57,370 nucleotides of DNA, from the IMG/VR virus record IMGVR_UViG_3300017707_001066, positions 1 through 57,370 of that record; one strand, 5' to 3'. This document shows positions 8,501 to 18,172 of this stretch, piece after piece. The notes under the pieces are model-generated. The model did no database searches. It worked only from the letters and a program-made list of their open reading frames with translations, and was not told where the DNA came from. Made by a program: the position numbers and the translations under genes. The stretch's first letter is position 1. The number at the start of each line of letters is the position of its first letter. Source of the stretch: a virus (Duplodnaviria; Caudoviricetes).

Positions 8501-11500
8501 CTGAAGATATTTTTGGAATGTTTTATCTTGTTCTACTGATTCAGGTAGTGTAGCAATAAGAACTTCTCTTTCAATAGCATATCTGTAATACTCATTTACA
8601 GTTTTAAAAGGATTTTGTTTAGGTGTGAATACATCTAATCCTCTAGAGGTATAACCTCTATCTGTTACATTAGTTACTAAATATGCTTTAGTATTAAAGT
8701 CTTGTTCTAAGAGTTTAGTATTTACAATAATCTCATTAGGTTTAACAACAACATCTTCTGGGGAATTGTTATCAATTCTAACTTTTTTACCTGCATAATT
8801 GTCTGGAACATTTGTTAATTGGCCATCAGCATCTACAAAATTAGATTTGTAGTTCTGATAGATAAAGTCCATTATAGCATTGTTAAACTTAGTAGTAAAG
8901 TATTCTTGACCTTTTACACCAGCACCGTATGTATTTTTAATCATTCTTGCTTTATACTTAAGTGCATCAGCAATATAATTAGAAATAACTTCATTAAGTC
9001 TTAATGGCATTAATGGTACAATCAAGTCCTTAATTAACTGTGTCTGATTAAATGAAGATAAGATAGATTTATTCTTAAAATTGTCTAAGAACTCCTGATC
9101 AATTTTAGATTTACCAGTTAGTGCTGCAAGAGCATCTTCTCTTTTATTAACCTGTTGTACTGTACTAAGTTTAACTGTATCACCAGTAGAAAGTATTTGT
9201 AAACCATTCATACCTTCTCCTTGCTTTTCTAATTCAATAAAGTTTAAGAAATAAGCAAGTTGTTTTAACACATCTTTTCCACCAGTTTCTAAAGATTCTT
9301 TAAGATCTTCAAGTTCAATCTGACCTTTAGGAAAATATTGTTTAGAAAGTATTTCTGCAGCATAGTAATATAAACTATCACTTGCTAAGTTTGCAGTCCA
9401 GCGGTATGGGAAAAGTTGTATTTGATCCTCTTCAGCAACAGTTCCTATTTTAGAAATGTATTCTATTTTAACTTCCCCTTTTTTAATACTGTTAACAATT
9501 TGATCTACAGTACGATTCAGTGTTGTATCCCTACCTATAGTAACTTCATAAACTGCATTCTTATCAGCTTTATATAAACTATTTAATACATCTTTTAAAT
9601 GCCTTATATTAGCTTCTTGTGTAATCCCTGTTAGATCTGCTTCATCTACATTATTTACAACTCTACTCATAATAGAGTTAATAGCTTTTGTTTTAGCACT
9701 AGCTTGACCACCTTCAAAAATAAATGCATAAGAACTATCAAATTTTCTTTGATCATTAATATACTTAGCAATTATTGGTTGGTTAACAAAGTAGTAAACT
9801 GTTTCTTGTGGTACACCAGCTTCAATCATGTCATTGATGACATTCATAGCTTGTGGTACCATCTTTAAAACAAATGGGAATGGATTCTTTGCACGGTCTA
9901 AGATACCATTAAGGTTATGAGAATTAATATCAGTAATTCTATCACCATTTTTATTTCTCTCATTTCCTAATGAAATATGTTCTTTACCATTAATAGTAAC
10001 TGTATTATGAGGGAATCTCATTTTAAAGTTAAAATCAATGTCAGTTTCTTCAGGAGAGTTAGTAATAGGATTCCATGCAATCTTTTTATATGTAGTAGGA
10101 AACTTAGCACCAAGTACTTTATTTAATACGTGGTTCTTAGTTCTTTTAGCCTGGATACCAAGTGATTTATTTAATGATAAGTTAGCATCATGGACATAAC
10201 GGTTGTAGCCAACTTCAAGCATTCTTGTAGGGCTAAGAACATTTTTCTTACCATCTTTGCTTTTATTAGCAGGAACGTTATGTGTATTTTTAAACTTATC
10301 ATAACCACCTGAATATTTTTCTAGGTCTTTAACATATCTTTCTACAAGATAAGTTTTGTTAGGTCTAGTTAAATATACAAAGTTATTTGGTAACATTAAA
10401 AGATCAATAGATGCTTTTAAGTATTCATTCTGAAGAAACTTCTTTTGTTTGTTTAGCAATTGTCTAGATGTAAGTACATCATCTGGTAGCTTACCATCTT
10501 TTTCTAACTGCTTAGTTTCAGCATATACTTTATCAAAATCAGCTACTCCTTTATTAATAAACTTACCTTCATTATCAAGGTTAGCTTGCATTAAGAATAG
10601 TTTATCAGCATCAAAGTCAGCACCAGACTTAGCAACAATCTCAGTAGGTAATATAATACTATTACCTGCAGCTGGGTTTAAGAAGTGCCAAACCTCTAAA
10701 GCTTCAATTGTGTTAGAAGCATCATTAGGAATCCTTGGACCAAACAAAGAAATAGATAATCTATTTTCAGCCAACCAAGCATCATCTTTAATTAGAACAT
10801 TGAGTTTGTCTAATGTACCAATCTCATTACCCTCTTTATCTTTTAACTTAAGTAAGTTCTTATAGTTATCAGTAAAAGGAATAGCACACTTAGCTAATGA
10901 TGTAGCAAGTCTTTTACCAGTAACCGGATCTATTTCACCTCTTCTATAGAATGCTAAAGTATTACTACCTAAAAGCTTTCTTCTTTCTGCAGGATCTGTG
11001 ATAGCATCATATGGAGCATCCCAAGAACCATTAGTAAATGTAGTAGGTGCCTGTACTAAAGGCTCACCATTAGTAGTTTGCTTAATCAATCTTTTATAGA
11101 TAATACTCATTAAGATTTTTTCTACACCATCTGCTTCCGGGTGTAAAGAAAGATCTGTTACAAGTTGACCATCTAGAGTTGTATTAAGGATTCTAAGCAA
11201 GTGTTCTGGTACACCATTGGCTCCAAGCTCTTCTCTGATTACAGATATAAACTTCTTAAGATTACCCTTGTATTTACCATTACCATTTTCATCTTCTACA
11301 TATTCATAACCAATTTCATTAAGAAGATCTTCTTTAAGTAAGTCTGAGTATTTAGCTACTTTATTTTCATAGTTTTTAACAATTGGCTCATTATCTTTAT
11401 CTATAATTTTACCATCACTATATTGGTTGTCTAAGTTAATTACACGGGTCTGAGTAGCAATTGGAATCTTTTTCTTAAGCTCATCATTGATTACAGTTAC

Positions 11501-14500
11501 TTCTTTTAATCCAGCTAAGAAAATCTCATTTGGAGTAATAGAGTCCATGTTATCTATAATGTTCTTATTCTCTTTATCTGTAAAGATTTGATCTGCTCTA
11601 CCATTTACTTCACCATTAGATATATAAGTAGCAGCTTTAGAACCTGATTCAAATGTAAGATACTGGAAGTTATTCTTAAGCATCATCATGTGAAGCTTAT
11701 CTAAGTTAGATTCAGTACCTGCAAGATTAGGAATCAATGGCGTAATTGCATACTTGTGCATTGCAGTTGCAGCAATAGGTGCATTACCAATAGCTCCAAA
11801 ATAATGAAGCTTATAAATAGGGAAGAATTGTTTAGCTAAAGCTGGATCAACTTGTTCTCCTTTAACTATTCTTTGGTATAAGTTTTCTTGTGCTGTAGAC
11901 CAGCCTCTACCTACTTTATGCAAAGCTCTGTATGCATCAAGAGTCATTACAGCATAACCATCAGACTCTGTCATACCTTCATATGCGGTTATGTCTTCAG
12001 CTATAGTAGCAGCAGCTTCTTCTTTACTTAAGAATTGCTCATACTCTTCTTTCCAAGCTTCTTTAAGTTCATCAACATATACTGATGTTCTTTCAGCATC
12101 TTGTACTACAGCAGTTCTGATAGACTCTCCAAATTGGAATGTTGGAATACCTTTACTTGTAGCATATGTACTTTTACTAAAGTCACCGTTAATAAACTTG
12201 ATTGTACCTTCATCAAATAAGTAACCGTAGCCACCAGAAGTTAGACCAGGAATACGTTTAGACCAGTCACCTTTACTGTGATCCCATTGAGAAAAGTCTC
12301 CAATAAATAAGTTAGATACTTCAAACTTATGAATCCAGTCATTATAAAGGTATGCTTTAAGCATTCTTCTTTTAAAGAGATCATCTTCATAAGCTCTAGC
12401 CTCAGTTACTTCTTTACTTTCATTAAATGCTTTCTCAAGTCTAGTGTATCCAGCTTTTGTTCTTAATTCATCTGTAATAACAGAATCAAGTTCTTTACCG
12501 TATACTCTATATTCCTCTTCTACTTTTTCATCAAAGTAATCTACAATATCATTGTAGATTTTATCCATAAGGTTTGAGCCTTTGAGATAGCTTTCTAGGT
12601 CTTGTGATAACTGTTGTTCAGCTAATGCATATAATTCAGTTTTAGTCTCTGGTCTTAATACAGTATCAAAAGCACTGAATAGTTCACCACTAACTAATCC
12701 GTTTTCAACTTCTCTATTATACTGGGTAAGTCTTAAAAGCTCTGGTCTTTCTGCAGATTTAAATCTTTTAATTCTATCAAACTCAGCAGCTATATAACCC
12801 ACTAAGTAGTTTTTAATAGCATATCTTTCACCATTTAAACCGGCACCTGTAAACATGTTTAGGTCAACATACAAATATTGATCTGGTCCTTTTTGAACCA
12901 TGTTATCAATAATGTTACTGCTGATCCCACCTTCCATTCTGATACCAAATGAAGATTTCTTTTCTGAAGTTCTTGGTAATTCTACAATACCTGCAGATGT
13001 CATTGACAAGAAAGACTGTAATGCAACTCCAATTGGATCTAGGTCAGTAGTATTTGTACCACCAACATTTTCAATATTAGTTCCTGATACAAAAATTGGG
13101 TTTAATGATTTACCAGCTATCTTAGCACCATTACCATTTTGAAATAAAGATTCTAATAACTTAGATCTACCATTCTTAGTAAAACTATTTTTACCAGGAG
13201 CCAGGTAGCTCATATGTGGAATCTTAATTAAGTCCTCAAATGACTTAGCTTTATTGATAGCTTCTACTCTACCAAATAGTGTAGAGTATTCCATATTCTC
13301 ATATGCTCTGTTACCATCAGCACGGAGTACACCTAAGTTAGCACTATCATAACCATACTTAGCTTGAAGATCAATAAGTCTTTTAATCTGAGTATTCTGA
13401 TTAATCTTTTTATTACCAAATACATTAAGAACCTTAGCTTTAATATCTGATCTTAAAGTATTAACAGGGTTTTGTTTAAAAGCTTCAAGAGCTTCTAATT
13501 GATCAGTAGTAAGCTGTTCACCTGCTACTTTAGCTCTGTCAAGTTCATTAAAGGCATTTACTATTTTGTAAATATAATTTAGACCATAGTATTCTGTGTT
13601 AGCACTTAATTCATCTTTGATAGCTTCTACATTATCAAAATTTAAACCAATGGCTTTAGCAAAAGCAAAAATCTGATCTTTCTTATCTGTAAGCTCACCA
13701 TTTTTATTAAAGTCTTTTACTACTTGTTCTAAATCTAATACTGATTTATTATCTGCAGTCTTCTTAATATATTTAGTTTTACCAGAACTCTTAAAGTCTC
13801 CTTCCCATCTAGCAGAAATAGTAGATGTATCTAAAGATGCTTGAACTGTTTTAAACTCAAAACCTTTTACTTTGGTTTCCATTTGCTGAGTAAACATGTT
13901 CATTTCTTGGGTTAACTGTGGAAACACAGATACTTGCCAGTATTGAACTTTAGGTTTGTTACCAAAGTCTAACCAGAACTGTTTACTTACATCAAATTCA
14001 AAAGTGTTTGTAATGTTACTTGGATCAGGATACTTAGTATCAAAAAGTTGTTTGATCTCTGGAAACTTATTAGCTTCTATTCTTAGTCTTTCATAAGCCT
14101 CTACTCTATCAGAAATACCACCAATAGCTTTAGCTACAATATTGAAAGTTTTCTTAAAGTCAGCTCTTTCTTTGAAGCCAAGTCTGTTATTAACAGTCTT
14201 GCCATCCACAACTCTAAATAAACTTTTAAGAATGTAGGTTGTCTCTTTACTCATCATTTGTTGTAAAGAAAGCTTACCTGTTTTATTCTCATCAATTGCT
14301 AGACCTTCTCTTGATAGTTCTCCATTAACAGAAGCTGTATCAGATTCATCAAACACATTACCATCTTCATCAGTAGTTGTAGTATCTATTTCATACTTCT
14401 TCTTACCAATTTCATAGTCACTGTTCTCATTATGGTATTTAATAACACCACTATTCTCATCACCCCAGTTGTCTAAAGCTGCTTGAAGTATTCTTATATT

Positions 14501-17500
14501 GTCAAGTGCTACTTCTTGTTCTTCAGTTAAAGCTGGTTGTGGAAGTTGTTGTAATTCTATAGATGTATACTGTTTAGCCCCACCTGCAATGTAATTATCT
14601 AACTGTACTTGAGCATCTGATAAGTTAGATACCACCATAATGCTGATAGGTTTTCTACCAGATTTGATTTTATTGTGTACATAAAAGTCAGATACTACTT
14701 TGATTTCATGCCAGGATTCTCCTTTAATTCTATCACCACGTTTGTTATCTGCAGTAAGACTAGAGAAGTCTTGGATTTGAGACTTAAGGAAAATGTATTT
14801 ATCTTCTCCCTTACTACTCTTCATTATACCAACAGCATTCTCTTTAACTTCTTTTAAAGACTTAAAGCTGTTAAAGTCTGGGAAGTTAGTAATATCACCA
14901 AGTCTTTTCTTCTCAGCATCTAACTTATCTTGAAACTCTTTCTTAGCTTCATTGTACATCCAAGCTCTTTTAGCTGGATCTACAAGCATAACAATACTAG
15001 CAGACTTTAAACTTTTAGTATCACCAGATAGTTTTCTAGCTTGAAAGATATCATCTAGTTTTTGTGAGAAGAAACTATCAATAGATTCAGATACTAAGTC
15101 TGAGTCTGATTTACTTAATGCATCTTTACTAGGTTTAGTAGTACTAACAATACCACGGTCTAGTTCAAAGAAATGTACATTCTCTATTGAAGCAGTATAG
15201 TCATTGATTCTACCAAAGAAAAGATTCTCATAGAGCTCTTTTACTTTTGGTATATTCATTATATCTTGAACAGCTTCTTTTTTAGAGAACTTAGATTTTA
15301 TAGCATCAAAGATACTTTTTAAGAAGTCTAAGATTTTTCTAAACAAGTTGGTCTTAACTGGTGCTTCTTTAAATGGTTTTTCATTTTTAGCATAAGTTCT
15401 AAAGTCTTCTGCTAAGATTTCTTCAAGTTCAAAATAACTTTTACCAGCATATGGTTGATTACCGTTCTTATCAGTATAGTTTCTTAACTCATCATATAGT
15501 TTGAACTTCTGATCTTTAGTTAAGAACAACTGTGAGAATGCGTGCCATGATTCATGGTATACATCTACATAGGAACCTTTTGCTGGATTGATTTGGATTT
15601 CACCAAGTAAACCTTTACTACTAACATTAGTGGGGTTAAAAAGATTAGCTGCAGACAAAACAAACTTAGCATACACATTAGAGTTAACTAAGTTAGCTGC
15701 TTGCTCAAGTGACAAATATTTTTGAAGTTCTTTACCTGCAGGGCTATTCTCCCACCAGTTCTTAGCATTAGCTTGAACTTGTTTAGCTAATATTTCATTT
15801 ACATAACCAGCTCTTTGTAAATCTTCCCAACCAGGAATGTCAGATATATTTACACCTGGATTAGTTACTACAGTACTAACTGTAGAGTTATCATTGTCAG
15901 GTGTAGGGATTTCTGGATCAGCTATACCTTCTACAACATCAATTGCAGCTTCAGTATTTTTCTGAACCGGAGTTTGTTTCTTAGCAAACTGTTCATTAGA
16001 ACTTTCACGGACATAACCTACAAGCTTATCATTTGCATATACAGCAATAGCATTGTATTTAATTCCTTCTGTTGTCTGAAGTTCTGGTACAAGTTCTAGT
16101 CTAGCTTCTACATTAAGAGCTTGGCCTGTAGATAATGCTTCTTCTGTAACTTCTGCAAAGTTCTCAGGAGTAATCTTTAATTCTTGATTGTAGAATCTAG
16201 CTTTATTACCATTAGCATCAAAGAAGTCAAAACCTGTAGTTGTAGTAGTAGGCTTAGCAATTCTACCAGTAATTACTTCTCCATTCTCAAGTCTCTCAAT
16301 AAGTGCTGTTCTAACCTTAGCTACATCTGAGTCATCTTGAATAGCTTTATCAGCATTGTTCTTATAGTTTGTTTCATTAGCCTTTTGTAATCTAGCTAAG
16401 ATATCATCTGGCTGAGAAAAAAGTAATGAGTAATTGTAGAATCCTGGATCAAGATTAGTAATATCAATAGTAGCATCTACATTGTTCAATAGAAAATCTA
16501 AGTAAGGTTCAGTCCCTATTGTTTTAGTTCCTATATCATATCTTAGGTACTTACCATTTTTTCTAGGTTCCTCTGCATATACAATCTTAGTAGGACCACC
16601 ATTATTACCTTCAGTCAATGCAGTATACAATGCTGTTTTAATATTAGCAATGTCTTGTGCGGTTGCATTTTTTAAATCTTTGTTAGACAGTTTATATGGT
16701 GTATATACTCCTTTCAATCCTGTTTCTGGATAAATTTTAAGAGTAACTACTTCTGTTTCTGGATTCATCAAAAGAGCATAGTTTCTTAAGCTAGGATGAA
16801 TTGTAGAAGGAATAAACTGATTAATATAGCTTTGCTTAATACTAAATGGAATCTCTGGATTAACTATAAACTCAGCAATCTCTGTTGCTAACTCATTAGT
16901 AATATTAGGTCTTTCTAAAAGAAAGTTAGTTCCATTAAGAGTAATTTTTGCTCTACCAGCAGCAGTACCAGATTTTATGATACCAATACTGTCATATACA
17001 GCATTGCTCATTCCTGGAAACTTAATGATATCTTTTAAGCTAATGTAACTTGAAGTCAAGTAACTAGGTACACCTGTACTAATTCCTGTTAATGGAATCT
17101 GCATAGGTTTAGTATTTACTATTTCTTCTTTAAGGTTGTATAATCTTTTGAGACTTTCTTGTTGCTGCTTGTCAATCATCTTAACAAACTCAGCATAATC
17201 TCCATCTGAAGGCTGATAAATTTTTTCAGCTATTTCCTCAGCTGATTTTATAATGTTTTCAGTATCATAAATATCAGTAGCAGTGTATCTATTATTCTTA
17301 ATACGTACATCTTTCATGAACTGGTAAACTAACTTACCTTTCTCTTGAGTAGTAATGTCTCCATTCTCATCAAAGTAAATAGGCTTACCATCTTTATCAC
17401 TTACTACAAGAATAACTCTATTGAAAGCTTGTGTAACTCCAGGTTGGTTTAATCTGTTTTTAACTAATGTTTTAGATTTTGTAACTTCTGCCACAGTAGT

Positions 17501-18172
17501 TTTATCCATGTAAGGAATATTATCTTTATTTGTGAAGTTTGCTAAGTTGTGACCTACTAAACTTAAGTTCTGTCCTTGGTAACTAAATACAGTTGGATCT
17601 TCAAGCATTGAGAATGCTTTAGATAACTTATCTAGTGTATTGATTAATACTTTCTTTTCCGGATCTAATTCTTCAGGAAATAAAGCATTCTTAGTTGCAG
17701 GATCTACTGTAACAAAAGGAATCATAGTTCCTCCAAATACTATAGGAGAAGCAAACCTTGGAGAGTGGTCATATCTACCATCCTCATCATCTTCTTCTTT
17801 ACCTTCATTTTGCTCTTCATTTTTAGCACCTTCTCTAGGTCCTTCAAGATCTGGCTTAGCATATAAATCTGAGATAATTTTGGATAAGTTATCTGGATTA
17901 GAATACTCAGCAGCCTTAGAAAATAAATTAGCAATATATGCTGAAGAATCAATCTTACCCATAAAGTCAGTAATTAACTGTGAAGCTATAATAGACGGAA
18001 CTACTTGCAAAAAGTTTGCTGCATTCTCTGGGGTTGACCTTTCAGCTATCAGATTAAAAAGTTCTTTCATAAAAGAATCAGGATTAAACTCCTGACCCTT
18101 TGTTAAAAGTTCTTTATAAACTTTTTTGTATACTATAGTGATTTGGTCTTTTGTTAAAGCACAAGTTATCAT
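5537..18172 (-). CDS. Giant virion-associated DNA-dependent RNA polymerase (crAss/phi14:2 gp66-like), multidomain, 4211 aa
   Basis: GPRIP...SIILPTEIVAKSGADFDADKLF catalytic region (DFDAD at 10604-10618, aa 2519-2523). HESWH zincin motif (15542-15556). SLOG-like NHSGGAYGGD domain (~7150-7810). AlkB-like H-x-D...H...R-x5-R domain (~6445-7110). Confidence 0.85.
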   Translation of the reverse strand: MITCALTKDQITIVYKKVYKELLTKGQEFNPDSFMKELFNLIAERSTPENAANFLQVVPSIIASQLITDFMGKIDSSAYIANLFSKAAEYSNPDNLSKIISDLYAKPDLEGPREGAKNEEQNEGKEEDDEDGRYDHSPRFASPIVFGGTMIPFVTVDPATKNALFPEELDPEKKVLINTLDKLSKAFSMLEDPTVFSYQGQNLSLVGHNLANFTNKDNIPYMDKTTVAEVTKSKTLVKNRLNQPGVTQAFNRVILVVSDKDGKPIYFDENGDITTQEKGKLVYQFMKDVRIKNNRYTATDIYDTENIIKSAEEIAEKIYQPSDGDYAEFVKMIDKQQQESLKRLYNLKEEIVNTKPMQIPLTGISTGVPSYLTSSYISLKDIIKFPGMSNAVYDSIGIIKSGTAAGRAKITLNGTNFLLERPNITNELATEIAEFIVNPEIPFSIKQSYINQFIPSTIHPSLRNYALLMNPETEVVTLKIYPETGLKGVYTPYKLSNKDLKNATAQDIANIKTALYTALTEGNNGGPTKIVYAEEPRKNGKYLRYDIGTKTIGTEPYLDFLLNNVDATIDITNLDPGFYNYSLLFSQPDDILARLQKANETNYKNNADKAIQDDSDVAKVRTALIERLENGEVITGRIAKPTTTTTGFDFFDANGNKARFYNQELKITPENFAEVTEEALSTGQALNVEARLELVPELQTTEGIKYNAIAVYANDKLVGYVRESSNEQFAKKQTPVQKNTEAAIDVVEGIADPEIPTPDNDNSTVSTVVTNPGVNISDIPGWEDLQRAGYVNEILAKQVQANAKNWWENSPAGKELQKYLSLEQAANLVNSNVYAKFVLSAANLFNPTNVSSKGLLGEIQINPAKGSYVDVYHESWHAFSQLFLTKDQKFKLYDELRNYTDKNGNQPYAGKSYFELEEILAEDFRTYAKNEKPFKEAPVKTNLFRKILDFLKSIFDAIKSKFSKKEAVQDIMNIPKVKELYENLFFGRINDYTASIENVHFFELDRGIVSTTKPSKDALSKSDSDLVSESIDSFFSQKLDDIFQARKLSGDTKSLKSASIVMLVDPAKRAWMYNEAKKEFQDKLDAEKKRLGDITNFPDFNSFKSLKEVKENAVGIMKSSKGEDKYIFLKSQIQDFSSLTADNKRGDRIKGESWHEIKVVSDFYVHNKIKSGRKPISIMVVSNLSDAQVQLDNYIAGGAKQYTSIELQQLPQPALTEEQEVALDNIRILQAALDNWGDENSGVIKYHNENSDYEIGKKKYEIDTTTTDEDGNVFDESDTASVNGELSREGLAIDENKTGKLSLQQMMSKETTYILKSLFRVVDGKTVNNRLGFKERADFKKTFNIVAKAIGGISDRVEAYERLRIEANKFPEIKQLFDTKYPDPSNITNTFEFDVSKQFWLDFGNKPKVQYWQVSVFPQLTQEMNMFTQQMETKVKGFEFKTVQASLDTSTISARWEGDFKSSGKTKYIKKTADNKSVLDLEQVVKDFNKNGELTDKKDQIFAFAKAIGLNFDNVEAIKDELSANTEYYGLNYIYKIVNAFNELDRAKVAGEQLTTDQLEALEAFKQNPVNTLRSDIKAKVLNVFGNKKINQNTQIKRLIDLQAKYGYDSANLGVLRADGNRAYENMEYSTLFGRVEAINKAKSFEDLIKIPHMSYLAPGKNSFTKNGRSKLLESLFQNGNGAKIAGKSLNPIFVSGTNIENVGGTNTTDLDPIGVALQSFLSMTSAGIVELPRTSEKKSSFGIRMEGGISSNIIDNMVQKGPDQYLYVDLNMFTGAGLNGERYAIKNYLVGYIAAEFDRIKRFKSAERPELLRLTQYNREVENGLVSGELFSAFDTVLRPETKTELYALAEQQLSQDLESYLKGSNLMDKIYNDIVDYFDEKVEEEYRVYGKELDSVITDELRTKAGYTRLEKAFNESKEVTEARAYEDDLFKRRMLKAYLYNDWIHKFEVSNLFIGDFSQWDHSKGDWSKRIPGLTSGGYGYLFDEGTIKFINGDFSKSTYATSKGIPTFQFGESIRTAVVQDAERTSVYVDELKEAWKEEYEQFLSKEEAAATIAEDITAYEGMTESDGYAVMTLDAYRALHKVGRGWSTAQENLYQRIVKGEQVDPALAKQFFPIYKLHYFGAIGNAPIAATAMHKYAITPLIPNLAGTESNLDKLHMMMLKNNFQYLTFESGSKAATYISNGEVNGRADQIFTDKENKNIIDNMDSITPNEIFLAGLKEVTVINDELKKKIPIATQTRVINLDNQYSDGKIIDKDNEPIVKNYENKVAKYSDLLKEDLLNEIGYEYVEDENGNGKYKGNLKKFISVIREELGANGVPEHLLRILNTTLDGQLVTDLSLHPEADGVEKILMSIIYKRLIKQTTNGEPLVQAPTTFTNGSWDAPYDAITDPAERRKLLGSNTLAFYRRGEIDPVTGKRLATSLAKCAIPFTDNYKNLLKLKDKEGNEIGTLDKLNVLIKDDAWLAENRLSISLFGPRIPNDASNTIEALEVWHFLNPAAGNSIILPTEIVAKSGADFDADKLFLMQANLDNEGKFINKGVADFDKVYAETKQLEKDGKLPDDVLTSRQLLNKQKKFLQNEYLKASIDLLMLPNNFVYLTRPNKTYLVERYVKDLEKYSGGYDKFKNTHNVPANKSKDGKKNVLSPTRMLEVGYNRYVHDANLSLNKSLGIQAKRTKNHVLNKVLGAKFPTTYKKIAWNPITNSPEETDIDFNFKMRFPHNTVTINGKEHISLGNERNKNGDRITDINSHNLNGILDRAKNPFPFVLKMVPQAMNVINDMIEAGVPQETVYYFVNQPIIAKYINDQRKFDSSYAFIFEGGQASAKTKAINSIMSRVVNNVDEADLTGITQEANIRHLKDVLNSLYKADKNAVYEVTIGRDTTLNRTVDQIVNSIKKGEVKIEYISKIGTVAEEDQIQLFPYRWTANLASDSLYYYAAEILSKQYFPKGQIELEDLKESLETGGKDVLKQLAYFLNFIELEKQGEGMNGLQILSTGDTVKLSTVQQVNKREDALAALTGKSKIDQEFLDNFKNKSILSSFNQTQLIKDLIVPLMPLRLNEVISNYIADALKYKARMIKNTYGAGVKGQEYFTTKFNNAIMDFIYQNYKSNFVDADGQLTNVPDNYAGKKVRIDNNSPEDVVVKPNEIIVNTKLLEQDFNTKAYLVTNVTDRGYTSRGLDVFTPKQNPFKTVNEYYRYAIEREVLIATLPESVEQDKTFQKYLQKYKDGNAAFFAYVSDTALRNTFNPAYIMGTTKYSYTESLLEMLTEMRQSVKLVADYPIINQLSKARLRGNFSIVEFADKNNAKGAVATNYKRQISQLADPTIKKVEDPIENARISKMFQDFSAMMFFQHGVGKTTFGFPKILEVETFMKDMTEASLNFQRNYMSDNTLNMIFNRLIKDKRVPVKTYGVSLEAYNEVTPLPQEEFEEEFEWEEGEKAPQQTGTISAEASEYTNHSGGAYGGDTYWDIIGREFGVINHKHYREASNASLAAQLRKAGVKAEVLTKEQMDTARAEVEKLLGEKYPDTTEGNLKVRNYYQVANADAVYAIAELTTTTDKSNPNLTDSTKSKYGYLLNKVKGGTDVAVQLGIKLGKPVYVWDLNNRSWFKFNGKEFEQVNTPILTKNFAGVGSRDIESYSIKDRDGNWVPRPQYRGQDVEEAAKQAIRDVYENTFKTAEPTATPKGEEVKPGIYVNQGALTKEEQLELFNYLKPFIEEQGARTLKSASASKMIGLGLRWDYTDNNRGRQAVNIPDKIVNNPKYGYYTESINGQSLGEISSRFRELMQKASGVDMTNYDGAIINIYKKDTFINSHNDVDESRSAINYPVIGVNLGGDGNFSIERLGPQNETLNLQPGTGYIFGLNGVNREVWHRTFPTPQNSFLPTLTTKIDGETYPAGSYRVTITMRRVMPIEPGMPTSPSMSPMSSPQDDPSSLQQDLAILQADLRNYQELQEKAYQNNNNIIVALAMPKITPSSAMKETGIKTGVGKDINSALLSNSGLSVTQAAHQIMENEFYEESGRAPIDEQEIRNMIIDILQIGKENYISEYNYQSDINRILSEIQDVEAKIRDEEGGVEKNSIQIDHVPRFKEAFIANGNQLPEVFDAVPGKSVWARNSKTNLYDLVSTDGTVLMENVSMIQGRVVETGKSKKPVSQRKKQDDLKNLRSIANDLEMNFIIAAKGYDINEFISKLEAAETQTEYNEIMSKIRELLC

